Assembly: GCA_964486045.1 (NCBI GenBank)
Contig: CAZALK010000002.1
Coordinates: 160,001-224,000 of the forward strand
Origin: an uncultured archaeon
GTDB taxonomy: Archaea > Asgardarchaeota > Lokiarchaeia > Sigyniarchaeales > SOKP01
DNA: 64,000 bases
Reading direction: 5' to 3'
Shown: positions 9,611 to 18,232 of the stretch, piece by piece
How the letters are laid out: every line of letters starts with the position of its first letter
Numbering within the stretch: position 1 is the stretch's first letter
The notes under the pieces: generated by a model
The model's input: the letters and a program-made list of their open reading frames with translations, nothing else
The model's database searches: none
What the model was told of the DNA's origin: nothing
Made by a program: the position numbers and the translations under genes

Positions 9611-10456
9611 ATGGAAGCAAAAAAGTTATATCATAAACTCGATTCAGATTTCGAGCTTGGTTTATGTAAGGATGATTGGAAAGGGATGGATTTTAACGAT
9701 TATATTAGTGATAATTTTAAAACACGTTATATGGGTATACTCTTAGATAATTCTGAAGAAATTAATTATGTATATACTGCTGTTTTTCCTAGTGATAGAA
9801 TTTTAAGTAGGATAATAGAATCAGGAAAGGAAAATATCCTATTAATAACTCACCATCCGATGAATTGGGATATAAGAACACCTGAAATATTCCAAGATAT
9901 TAACCCAAGCTTACTCCCAAAATTGAAACAACAGAAAATTTCGATATATAATATGCATGTGCCTTTAGATAAGAATGGGAAATATTCTACTGCAACAAAT
10001 CTGGCTAATGCTCTGGATATTACAATTGAAGGTGAATTCTATGAATATTTCGGTGTAAAGGTTGGAGTATATGGGAAGACTGAATTAAACAAACCAGAAG
10101 AATTAGCTGATAAGTTAAAATCAATTGTAGGTCATAACACGAAACTATGGAAATATGGATCAGATGAGATATTAGACCACAAGGTTGCTTTAGTAGGGGG
10201 AGGTGGCAATAATATCGAGGGAATAGAAGAAATAATAGAATTAGGTATCAATACTTATGTTACAGGCGTAACTGTCTTAAATGATTTCAGTAAAGAAGTT
10301 CATGAATTTGAGAAGGATAATGAAATAAATATTATCGGGGGTACTCATTATTCAACAGAAAAATTTGCATGTATAGCCTTAAGTGAATATTTTGAAAAAA
10401 TAGGGCTAAAAAGTAAATTCATTGAAGGTCAACCTATACTAGAGGATATAGAGTAG
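9611..10456 (+). CDS. Nif3/YbgI-like dinuclear metal centre protein
   Basis: ITHHP, MHVPLD and GTHYSTE metal-ligand motifs. Confidence 0.85.
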   Translation: MEAKKLYHKLDSDFELGLCKDDWKGMDFNDYISDNFKTRYMGILLDNSEEINYVYTAVFPSDRILSRIIESGKENILLITHHPMNWDIRTPEIFQDINPSLLPKLKQQKISIYNMHVPLDKNGKYSTATNLANALDITIEGEFYEYFGVKVGVYGKTELNKPEELADKLKSIVGHNTKLWKYGSDEILDHKVALVGGGGNNIEGIEEIIELGINTYVTGVTVLNDFSKEVHEFEKDNEINIIGGTHYSTEKFACIALSEYFEKIGLKSKFIEGQPILEDIE

Positions 10457-10466
10457 CCATTTTTGT

Positions 10467-12299
10467 TTAAAATTTGTATTTTTGGTTCTGTATTTTCTCA
10501 TAGATCTCTTTATTAAAGGGTATGTATACTGATTCGTTTGGAAGCATAATATAGAGAGGATCTTCAATAACTTGAGGATCAATGCCTTCTTCTTTGAGTT
10601 TTAGTTTTTTAAATTTAAATGTATGAGTTGTTGAGAGATCCGATTTAAATCTGAGAAAAATGGGTATAGCATATGGGGCAAGATTATCATTAAATATGTT
10701 TGCTAACCTCTTGAAATCAAACTTATCAAAATTTGATTTGGGAACAATTGCAGCCATTCCTGCTCGCCCGTCTGTAAGTGGTATTTTAATTCCATAAGCG
10801 GATGATATTGAGACTTGATCAAATACATTGAGTACTTGTTCTACTTCAGTAGTGGAGACATTATGTCCCTTCCATCGGAAGGTATCACCGAGACGATCTA
10901 CAAATTGGGCATGACCACATCCTTGATCTCGCATTAAATCGCCTGAATTGAACCATTCATCCCCTTCTTTAAAAACATTGTGAAAGAGCTTCGCTTTGGT
11001 CGCATTTTCATCGGTATATCCCATAAATTTATTTGTACCTGCACTTTCAAATATAGCTAGACCAACCTCACCTTTTTTTACTTTTCTCATAACTCCTCTC
11101 GTATTTCTAATGGGTTTATCTTCCTCATGATCATATCGTACAATGGCATGAGTACCACCAAAAGAATATCCACACGTACAATCAAAATTTAATACATTTG
11201 CAAATGCTCCATTTCCTTCCGATGCTCCATAAAACTCTCCGATAACAGGAATCTTAAATCGTTTTTTAAAATCTACCCATATTTCTGGACGGAGACCATT
11301 TCCTATCACTACTCTTACAGGATTATCTGAATCATTTGGTTTAGGGGGTTGATTCATTAAATAACGACATATTTCTCCAACATAATTGAAACCAGTAGCG
11401 TTGAATTTTCGAATGTCATCCCAAAAGTGACTAGCACTAAATTTACGGGCTATTGCTAAAGCACCCCCATTAACAAATATGGAAGGCCACCCCGTCATTA
11501 GAGCTGTGCCATGAAAGAAAGGGAGTGGAATATACATTGTATCATCGGGAGAAAATTCTGCAATAATTCTTCCAAACCCAAGTCCCGCACCAATAACTCT
11601 TGCTTGTGATAAGAGTGCTGCTTTAGGTAATCCAGTTGTACCAGAAGTAAATATATAAGCAATAACATCTAGAGTCTTGGTATTTTTCGTAGTGGAAGGA
11701 TTATCTGTAGGAAAATTTTTAACAGTTTGCGGGAGGTTAATAAATCCTTCAGGAAGGTCCATCTCACCATCATCGTGTATGAAGCAGAGTTGTTCAACAT
11801 CTGAAAGATTAATATTAGCTTTAACTTCGCTAAAGGCACTGAAACATTCTTCTCCGATAACAATTATCTTACCCGGTGTTAGGTCTAAACTATATATTAG
11901 AGATTTTTTACGCTGATCAGTATTAATCAATGAAGAAATTGCTCCGATTTTAGCATTAGCAGTATAAACCAGTAAAATTTCTATTCGGTTTTTTATTAAA
12001 ACCTTAACTACATCACCTTTTTTCAAGCCTAATGAGATAAAATAATTTGCATACTGGTTGACCTTTTCATTAAATTCTTGATAAGTAAGAACAGTATCTT
12101 CAAATTTAATAGCTGGATTATTAGAATATTTTTGAGAATTTTCTTCAAGAATAGATCCCCATGTAATTTTATTTTCTACAGAAAGATTTGTAAGTTCTTG
12201 GACGAATGTACCATGATTTTTAGCGAATTCTCCAAATCTTTTATTAAATTCTGCTTTGTCGATAAGGTTTGATTCACTTGATTTTGATATTTCCATCAT
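10467..12299 (-). CDS. Long-chain acyl-CoA synthetase, FATP/SLC27 type
   Basis: YIFTSGTTGLPKA, YVGEICRYL, GNGLRP, FYGASEG, DRLGDTFRWKGHNVST, GRAGMA. Confidence 0.92.
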   Translation of the reverse strand: MMEISKSSESNLIDKAEFNKRFGEFAKNHGTFVQELTNLSVENKITWGSILEENSQKYSNNPAIKFEDTVLTYQEFNEKVNQYANYFISLGLKKGDVVKVLIKNRIEILLVYTANAKIGAISSLINTDQRKKSLIYSLDLTPGKIIVIGEECFSAFSEVKANINLSDVEQLCFIHDDGEMDLPEGFINLPQTVKNFPTDNPSTTKNTKTLDVIAYIFTSGTTGLPKAALLSQARVIGAGLGFGRIIAEFSPDDTMYIPLPFFHGTALMTGWPSIFVNGGALAIARKFSASHFWDDIRKFNATGFNYVGEICRYLMNQPPKPNDSDNPVRVVIGNGLRPEIWVDFKKRFKIPVIGEFYGASEGNGAFANVLNFDCTCGYSFGGTHAIVRYDHEEDKPIRNTRGVMRKVKKGEVGLAIFESAGTNKFMGYTDENATKAKLFHNVFKEGDEWFNSGDLMRDQGCGHAQFVDRLGDTFRWKGHNVSTTEVEQVLNVFDQVSISSAYGIKIPLTDGRAGMAAIVPKSNFDKFDFKRLANIFNDNLAPYAIPIFLRFKSDLSTTHTFKFKKLKLKEEGIDPQVIEDPLYIMLPNESVYIPFNKEIYEKIQNQKYKF

Positions 12300-12486
12300 A
12301 TAAACGCCTTTTTTACATTTCAGTATATATATTATGGTTTTTTGGATTTTTTTTTCAACAAAAAATTCCTTAGAAATATTAGATTTTTACTGGTTATAAA
12401 TCTTCTAATTTTCTAAATTAAACTAGTTTCAAATTTAATCAAAAGACAATCTAACTTGAAAATTTATAGTCTGTAAATTCCCCTCT

Positions 12487-12630
12487 TTATTCACTAAAAT
12501 CCAGTTTTTCCTTACCATTTACAATTTTAAAATTGATAATATTATTGTTGGGAGGTTTTTTTTCTTCGATTTCTTGTTCTTCAATATCGATTATTTTAGG
12601 AATTGATTCCTCATTATTTTTCTGATTCAT
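12487..12630 (-). other. 47-aa ORF, possibly the N-terminal remnant of a longer gene
   Basis: Manual translation MNQKNNEESIPKIIDIEEQEIEEKKPPNNNIINFKIVNGKEKLDFSE*; protein-like composition, no recognisable domain. Confidence 0.3.
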
Positions 12631-12757
12631 TTAATTGTCCTGTTTTATTCAATTTCAGAAACGACTGATCAACATAGAAGTGTTAAATGATTATTTTAAA
12701 TAATTAATCTACCTATTATTAAATTAATTGTTTAAAGAATAAATTTCGAAATCTCTA

Positions 12758-12961
12758 ATGATATCAAAATTAATGATTGTAAAATCTAATGGACTACTTT
12801 GCTATTCAAAAACATTTCATGGAGAGGATATACTTGATGATGGTTCCATAAACGGCTTTCTTTCAACTACTTTAGATATTTCTCAAAAAATTGGGGGTGG
12901 TGAAATAAGATCACGCAATTTCAGAAAAAGCAAAAGCAAAAATTTATTCAAATTTAATTAA
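12758..12961 (+). pseudogene. Truncated longin-like domain (N-terminal half)
   Basis: MISKLMIVKSNGLLCYSKTF...DDGSINGFLST...ISQKIGGGEIRS matches the strand-strand-helix start of Asgard longin-type domains, then runs into A-rich sequence and stops. Confidence 0.55.
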
Positions 12962-13007
12962 TATGTTGAGTAAAATCATAATAGAATAGAAAAAACATTT
13001 GTAATTT

Positions 13008-13499
13008 ATGAAGTTCGAAGAAAATTTTATATTCCCTGTATATATCTATCAAGAGGTTATAGAAACAATTAAGATATTGTGTAGTAAATCAATTTCAGAG
13101 ATTTTTGGGTATCTTATAGGTTCTATTTTAATATGGAATAATGTTATTTATATAATTATTGAAGAATCAATTTTTCTTGAAGATATTATATATAGTGACA
13201 AATTTTTAACATCTCAAATAGTAGGAACTGCGGGAGCATATCAAAAAGAATTTGACCGGCTAAAAAAAATGAGAAGAAAAAAGAATTTAAGAATCGTTGG
13301 ATGGTGGCATTCTCACCCCGATTTTGGATGTTTCTTATCATCCACCGATTTACTTACTCAAAAATATTTTTTTCATAAATCGTTTCAAGTAGCGATGGTT
13401 GTTGATCCAAGTAGAAATGAATTTGAATTTTTTACTCTTGATCTTCATACAAAAATAGGTTACAAATCAGTCAGTTATGCAATTATAGCTAAAAATTGA
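13008..13499 (+). CDS. JAB/MPN+ (JAMM) metalloprotease, Rpn11-like deubiquitinase/maturase
   Basis: EIFGYLIG...VGWWHSHPDFGCFLSSTD (E...HxH-x7-S-x2-D), then MVVDP. Confidence 0.95.
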   Translation: MKFEENFIFPVYIYQEVIETIKILCSKSISEIFGYLIGSILIWNNVIYIIIEESIFLEDIIYSDKFLTSQIVGTAGAYQKEFDRLKKMRRKKNLRIVGWWHSHPDFGCFLSSTDLLTQKYFFHKSFQVAMVVDPSRNEFEFFTLDLHTKIGYKSVSYAIIAKN

Positions 13500-14413
13500 T
13501 CTTAAAACCTAAAGAAGAAATGTCTAAAAAAGATACAGATTTTGAAGAGTTCTCCTTATATGGAATTGAATCAGTGGATTCAGATATGTTTGATCGTCAA
13601 AAAAGAATCAAAGGATGGGATCAGGCAAGAATTAACAATTCTACAGTAATGGTCATCGGCGCGGGGGCCATTGGAAACGAGTTAGTAAAAAATTTAGTTC
13701 TAATCGGAATAGGAAAAATAATTTTAATTGATTATGATTTCATAAATACTTCAAATTTAAATAGATGCGTTCTATTTAATATAAAGGATACTAAACAAGA
13801 AGTGTATAAAGTAGATGCCATAAAGGAAGCATGTACAATACTAAATCCGAATACCGAAATAATTTCAATCAAAAAAAAACTAGAAGATATTGAAAAAACA
13901 CTTTACACTAGATCTGACGTAATATGTTCATGTGTTGATAATATTGAATCAAGATTGGAAGCGAATAATTATGCTTATTATTATAACATCCCTTTTGTTG
14001 ACGCAGGGATTGATGAATTCTTTGGTAGCCTCCAATCGGTATATTCTGAGGTAAAGGAAGCTGCTTGTTTCCAATGTAATATTACCGATTTAGACCTAGA
14101 TATAATGTGGAAAAAATATTCGTGCACGGGTCAAGAGATTGATAATGAAAATGGTGAAACTTTTGGAATAATTGCTTCGATCATCTCAACTACTTCAATT
14201 ATAGGAGGATTACAGTCACACCAAGTTCTAAAATTCCTATTAGGACTAGAATATTTTAAGGAACATAAAAAATGGAACCCTTATATTGGCCAACCATTAA
14301 TTGGGAAACAATTAAATTATAATGGAATATTAAACAGTTTCAAAATCGTTGAAAAGGTAAAAAATCCTGAATGTTGGACATGTTCCTTTAAAAAAGCCCA
14401 ACCTACTAAATAA
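13496..14413 (+). CDS. Ubiquitin-activating E1-like enzyme (ThiF/UBA family)
   Basis: FDRQ, GAGAIG, SNLNR, CVDN, CFQC and CWTC zinc pairs, candidate catalytic Cys in YSCT; overlaps the JAB stop (TTGA). Confidence 0.93.
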   Translation: MILKPKEEMSKKDTDFEEFSLYGIESVDSDMFDRQKRIKGWDQARINNSTVMVIGAGAIGNELVKNLVLIGIGKIILIDYDFINTSNLNRCVLFNIKDTKQEVYKVDAIKEACTILNPNTEIISIKKKLEDIEKTLYTRSDVICSCVDNIESRLEANNYAYYYNIPFVDAGIDEFFGSLQSVYSEVKEAACFQCNITDLDLDIMWKKYSCTGQEIDNENGETFGIIASIISTTSIIGGLQSHQVLKFLLGLEYFKEHKKWNPYIGQPLIGKQLNYNGILNSFKIVEKVKNPECWTCSFKKAQPTK

Positions 14414-14478
14414 TGTAAAAACGTAATGTAAATTTAAAATTAAATAATAAAATAAATTAATGAAAGGGGTACGATATT

Positions 14479-15042
14479 CTGCCAGAGCTTCCTTTTGAAA
14501 TATGGAAAGAAAGAATTGATAATGAAATTATAAACATTAAAAAATTAAATGTTCTTGAAAAAGACTCCATAAATCGAAGTGAAGATAGTGTTGAACTAAT
14601 TTTGAATGTGAAAGCATTAGGATTTATTATGAAAAAATCAGAATTAATTCCAAAAGATTCTCATAAAATCTATTTAAAACTAAATCGAATGTTCCCTTAT
14701 CCTGGAGGAATTAGTTTTTCATGGCTTACTGAACTATTTCACCCGAATATTCATTCAATTGACGTACCTTATACTAGTAAACAAGGAACGGGATTCATAT
14801 GCTTAAATATTTTAAAAAAGTGGTCTCGATTATCTGATTTAGTCACAATTGTTAAAGCCTTAAAAATTTTAGTGGAAAATCCAAATCCCGATGATCCTCT
14901 CGATTATCCCCATTGTTTAGAAGCGGCAAAGTACTTTTCGAAGCACAATATTAAGAAATTAAAAAAGAAATATTCATTCATAATTGATCTTCAAGACCTG
15001 GACAACGAAGAAGATGATGAAATTGTAATTATTGATGAGTAA
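14479..15042 (+). CDS. Ubiquitin-conjugating E2 (UBC fold) with acidic tail
   Basis: FPYP, LFHPNI...GFICLNILKKWS, NPNPDDPL. Frame is open upstream of 14602 and encodes an E2-like helix 1 (WKERIDNEI); start proposed at CTG 14479. Confidence 0.9.
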   Translation: MPELPFEIWKERIDNEIINIKKLNVLEKDSINRSEDSVELILNVKALGFIMKKSELIPKDSHKIYLKLNRMFPYPGGISFSWLTELFHPNIHSIDVPYTSKQGTGFICLNILKKWSRLSDLVTIVKALKILVENPNPDDPLDYPHCLEAAKYFSKHNIKKLKKKYSFIIDLQDLDNEEDDEIVIIDE

Positions 15043-15054
15043 TAAAAATAATTT

Positions 15055-15318
15055 CTATACTTTTAATCCACCAATAACCCTTGTCCATAAAGTTAAGGTT
15101 TCGTTCTCTTTCAATCCATATTTATGAATGGCATCAGAAACTGTAATTTTATTAGGCAATTCTTTATCATTAATAACTAATGTATAAGAACGTTGTTCAG
15201 AACTAATTATACCCATATGTTTTACGATAATATCAATGATTCTTTCTATTTGGTGATGATCTTTTACATCTAGCTTTATGATTTTTCCTGTTCTTGAATC
15301 CTCAACCGAAATTTTCAA
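15055..15318 (-). CDS. Ubiquitin-like protein precursor (GG followed by LKV)
   Basis: Beta-grasp pattern MKISVEDSRTGKIIKLDV...YGLKENETLTLWTRVIGG-LKV; convergent with the E2 gene; TTG start. Confidence 0.88.
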   Translation of the reverse strand: MKISVEDSRTGKIIKLDVKDHHQIERIIDIIVKHMGIISSEQRSYTLVINDKELPNKITVSDAIHKYGLKENETLTLWTRVIGGLKV

Positions 15319-15352
15319 ATTATTTTACGCCTTCTATTTTGTGTTTTAAATA

Positions 15353-16852
15353 TTAATTATAACAATTTATTTTTCTACTTCTAATAAATATTATTACTCC
15401 TATCAAAATAATACTTACAAATCCGACGGTTAAAAAAACTTCAATTCCTAATCCAATGATGTTTTCCGAAGCAGAATTACTTTTAATCCCGAAGGAGTAA
15501 TAAATATCCAATTCATTATTTCGACCATCTGTCCAAACAACATGGGGGATCATAGATTGATCAAGTCGAATAGTAAGATAATCTCCTGGTCTAAAGAAAG
15601 AACCGGAAGTTTCTTCACTTGCGATCGCGATTGGGGTATTAAAGACTGGATTATCTCGATTTTCCCCAGAAAAGTTAACTAAGCAATAGTAAGGTTTGAA
15701 ATTTCCATGAGATGGAGCGTTATAGTAGACAATATGTAAATTTCCATCAGAATCGATGTCCATATCAGGCATCCATTGATCTCCAGCGGTAATTGGATTT
15801 ACCTGAAAGCGATTACTCCAACTTCCACCAAAATCATCTGAATATCGGAGATAAACATCAATTGAATGATCTCTACTCTCAAATGTATCTGCCCATAATA
15901 AATAGAGCCTATCGTCCTGATCAGTTCGAAGAACTGGAATTGTAGCTTTACCTGAGCCAAAAAAGGAATAATTTCCATCAGTGTTAACAAAACTTTGGTT
16001 TTCAAAAGTAAATCCACCATCTAGACTACTGGTAAAGTAAAGATTCCCTCCTCCGCTTAGAATATCAAGCCAAGTTGATGCGATGTAGATGTTATTTTCA
16101 CTATTTAAGGTTATATATGGAGCAAGATGCCCATCTGATGGTTCTCCTAGTACAGAGATTTCTTGAAAGCTTTCTCCTTTATCTATTGAACGTGTTAATC
16201 GAATTGTTACGTTTCCTTCTGGAATACTAGCATCAGCATCATCATACACAACATAAATTGTTCCGTTATCATCGATATTCATTGTTTCTTTATCTGCAAA
16301 AAATGATCCATTTGACGCTGATGTGGTAGTCCACTCAGTTATATCACCACTACTTTTGGCTACAGTTACTTGAGATAAATAATTAGTTGTAAAAAATTGA
16401 AAATATTCGGGTTGCCATTCGATATATGCGTAGTAGATACTCTGATTATGCCAAATTAGCCACGGATCTGATTGATCGGTATTTAACCCATTATACATTG
16501 GCATGTCAAATGGAACTGTCCAAGAAACTCCTTTATCTGTAGATTTTACGATACTTACATGTCTTCCTCCACCACTGTGAGTATCTGCGTTCTTCCAGCC
16601 TACAAAAAGTACCCCCGTTTCACTAACAGCGATCGTTGGTTCTACGTGATGATCCCAATTACTATCATCTGTTGATAATAATGCATTCTTGGAAAATCCT
16701 TCAGTTTGAAAAGAAATATCTTGAGCGGATCTTGGTGAACCAATATTTAGATAATTTGCTAAATCGGTGGAATGTAAAAATCCAATAGGTAACATCATAA
16801 AAGCTAAAATTAAGATGAATATTAATTTATACTGCTTTTTAAATTTGAACAT
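15353..16852 (-). CDS. Membrane-anchored BNR/Asp-box (sialidase-like) beta-propeller surface protein
   Basis: Asp boxes STDKGVSW, SIDKGESF, SLDGGFTF, SDDFGGSW; N-terminal signal/TM; C-terminal TM with basic tail. Confidence 0.8.
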   Translation of the reverse strand: MFKFKKQYKLIFILILAFMMLPIGFLHSTDLANYLNIGSPRSAQDISFQTEGFSKNALLSTDDSNWDHHVEPTIAVSETGVLFVGWKNADTHSGGGRHVSIVKSTDKGVSWTVPFDMPMYNGLNTDQSDPWLIWHNQSIYYAYIEWQPEYFQFFTTNYLSQVTVAKSSGDITEWTTTSASNGSFFADKETMNIDDNGTIYVVYDDADASIPEGNVTIRLTRSIDKGESFQEISVLGEPSDGHLAPYITLNSENNIYIASTWLDILSGGGNLYFTSSLDGGFTFENQSFVNTDGNYSFFGSGKATIPVLRTDQDDRLYLLWADTFESRDHSIDVYLRYSDDFGGSWSNRFQVNPITAGDQWMPDMDIDSDGNLHIVYYNAPSHGNFKPYYCLVNFSGENRDNPVFNTPIAIASEETSGSFFRPGDYLTIRLDQSMIPHVVWTDGRNNELDIYYSFGIKSNSASENIIGLGIEVFLTVGFVSIILIGVIIFIRSRKINCYN

Positions 16853-16938
16853 TCGACTTATCAGACTCCTTTAGAAGCTTCACATAAATTTAATCTTAAA
16901 ATTTTTAATAAGAACTTAGGATTTATTTTTACTTTATG

Positions 16939-17646
16939 CTATTTTAAAACAAAATACATTCTTCTGTTATTTTTTCCTTTATTAACGGTCTTAATTACTT
17001 CAATTTTACCGATTTCTTTAAGATGTTTGACATGAGTCCCTCCATCCACTTGTTTATCAATATCTCCAATTTTGACAATACGAAATTCCTCAATTTCTTT
17101 AGGTAATCCTACAGCTAAGCGGGCTAATTCAGGTTTTTCCAGAACTTCGTGTTTTGACATATAATCTATTGTAATAGGTAAATTTTGATTTATGATTTTA
17201 TTGACTTCATCTACATAAGCTCGTAATTTATCCGGTGAATAATCGATCATCGAAAAATCCATTCTGGATTTATCCATCTCAATCTGATTACCTGTAATCT
17301 TAGCATTAGCTCTTTTATAAAGGATATTTGAAATTAGATGACAAGCGGTATGGTATCGCATGAAGTTGTACCTTCGATTCCAGTCAATTTCACAAGATAC
17401 TTCATCTCCTTCTTTTAGGCCAACTTCATCTACTTCATGACTAATTTTTCCAGAGAATTTGCCAACATAGACTACATTAAATTTCTTATCATCTTTGGTT
17501 ATAATCCCTTCGTCCCAAGGTTGACCACCCCCGTTGGGATAAAAAGCGGTTTTATCAAGGGTGACAAATTTTCCGTCTTTCACACTGGTAATTATGGCAT
17601 TCCAGGTTTTAAGATAAGAATCATCCATATATAATGATTTTACCAT
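16939..17646 (-). CDS. alaXM: Alanyl-tRNA editing protein AlaX-M
   Basis: LYMDDSY, FYPNGGGQPWD, MRYHTACH, DGGTHV; ATG at 17646. Confidence 0.92.
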   Translation of the reverse strand: MVKSLYMDDSYLKTWNAIITSVKDGKFVTLDKTAFYPNGGGQPWDEGIITKDDKKFNVVYVGKFSGKISHEVDEVGLKEGDEVSCEIDWNRRYNFMRYHTACHLISNILYKRANAKITGNQIEMDKSRMDFSMIDYSPDKLRAYVDEVNKIINQNLPITIDYMSKHEVLEKPELARLAVGLPKEIEEFRIVKIGDIDKQVDGGTHVKHLKEIGKIEVIKTVNKGKNNRRMYFVLK

Positions 17647-17690
17647 AAAAAGGAAGAAAGTAAACAAACTTAAAATTTTAACTTAAAAAT

Positions 17691-17849
17691 TTAATCATTT
17701 TCATGAATTTCTGATGGTTTAACTCCATCAAACAATTCTAGTTTTAAGAAACTCTTTTCTTTTTTACAATTAGGGCAAAAATATGAACCAGGCTCCTTAT
17801 TCTTAAAACTAAAACCACATTCTTTACATACAGCGTAAAACAAAAACAT
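17691..17849 (-). CDS. Zinc-ribbon microprotein, 52 aa (copy 2)
   Basis: Manual translation MFLFYAVCKECGFSFKNKEPGSYFCPNCKKEKSFLKLELFDGVKPSEIHEND; not in ORF track. Confidence 0.75.
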   Translation of the reverse strand: MFLFYAVCKECGFSFKNKEPGSYFCPNCKKEKSFLKLELFDGVKPSEIHEND

Positions 17850-17876
17850 TTAATAATAATAAATAGGAATTGCTAT

Positions 17877-18029
17877 TTAATTTACCTCATGAAGTTCATT
17901 TGGTTTAGCACCACAAAAAGCTTCAAATTTAATAAATTTCATTTGTTTTGAGCAATTAGGGCAATAATACTTACCTGGTTCTTTATTTTCAAAGGAGTAT
18001 CCACATTTTTTACAAACTATTGCATTCAT
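17877..18029 (-). CDS. Zinc-ribbon microprotein, 50 aa (copy 1)
   Basis: Manual translation MNAIVCKKCGYSFENKEPGKYYCPNCSKQMKFIKFEAFCGAKPNELHEVN; paralog of the adjacent ORF. Confidence 0.75.
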   Translation of the reverse strand: MNAIVCKKCGYSFENKEPGKYYCPNCSKQMKFIKFEAFCGAKPNELHEVN

Positions 18030-18232
18030 ATCATAAATATCCCCAATAGGATTTTAAAAAGTTCTTATTATGAAATAATTAGACTTTAAATTTCAGATAT
18101 ACTTTTGATAAGTCATTTACAATCAAAATAAATAAATTAAAAGTGTTGTATAATTAATTTATAACTGATATTTGAATATACTTAAAAATATAATCAAAAT
18201 ATATTCAAAATATATGATATTAAGTTTTTTTC

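Noticed and set aside
13008-18029. The zinc-ribbon microproteins or another small ORF acting as the RING E3 of the ubiquitin cluster
   Set aside because: They have only two CxxC pairs, not the eight-ligand RING pattern; no RING-like ORF was found
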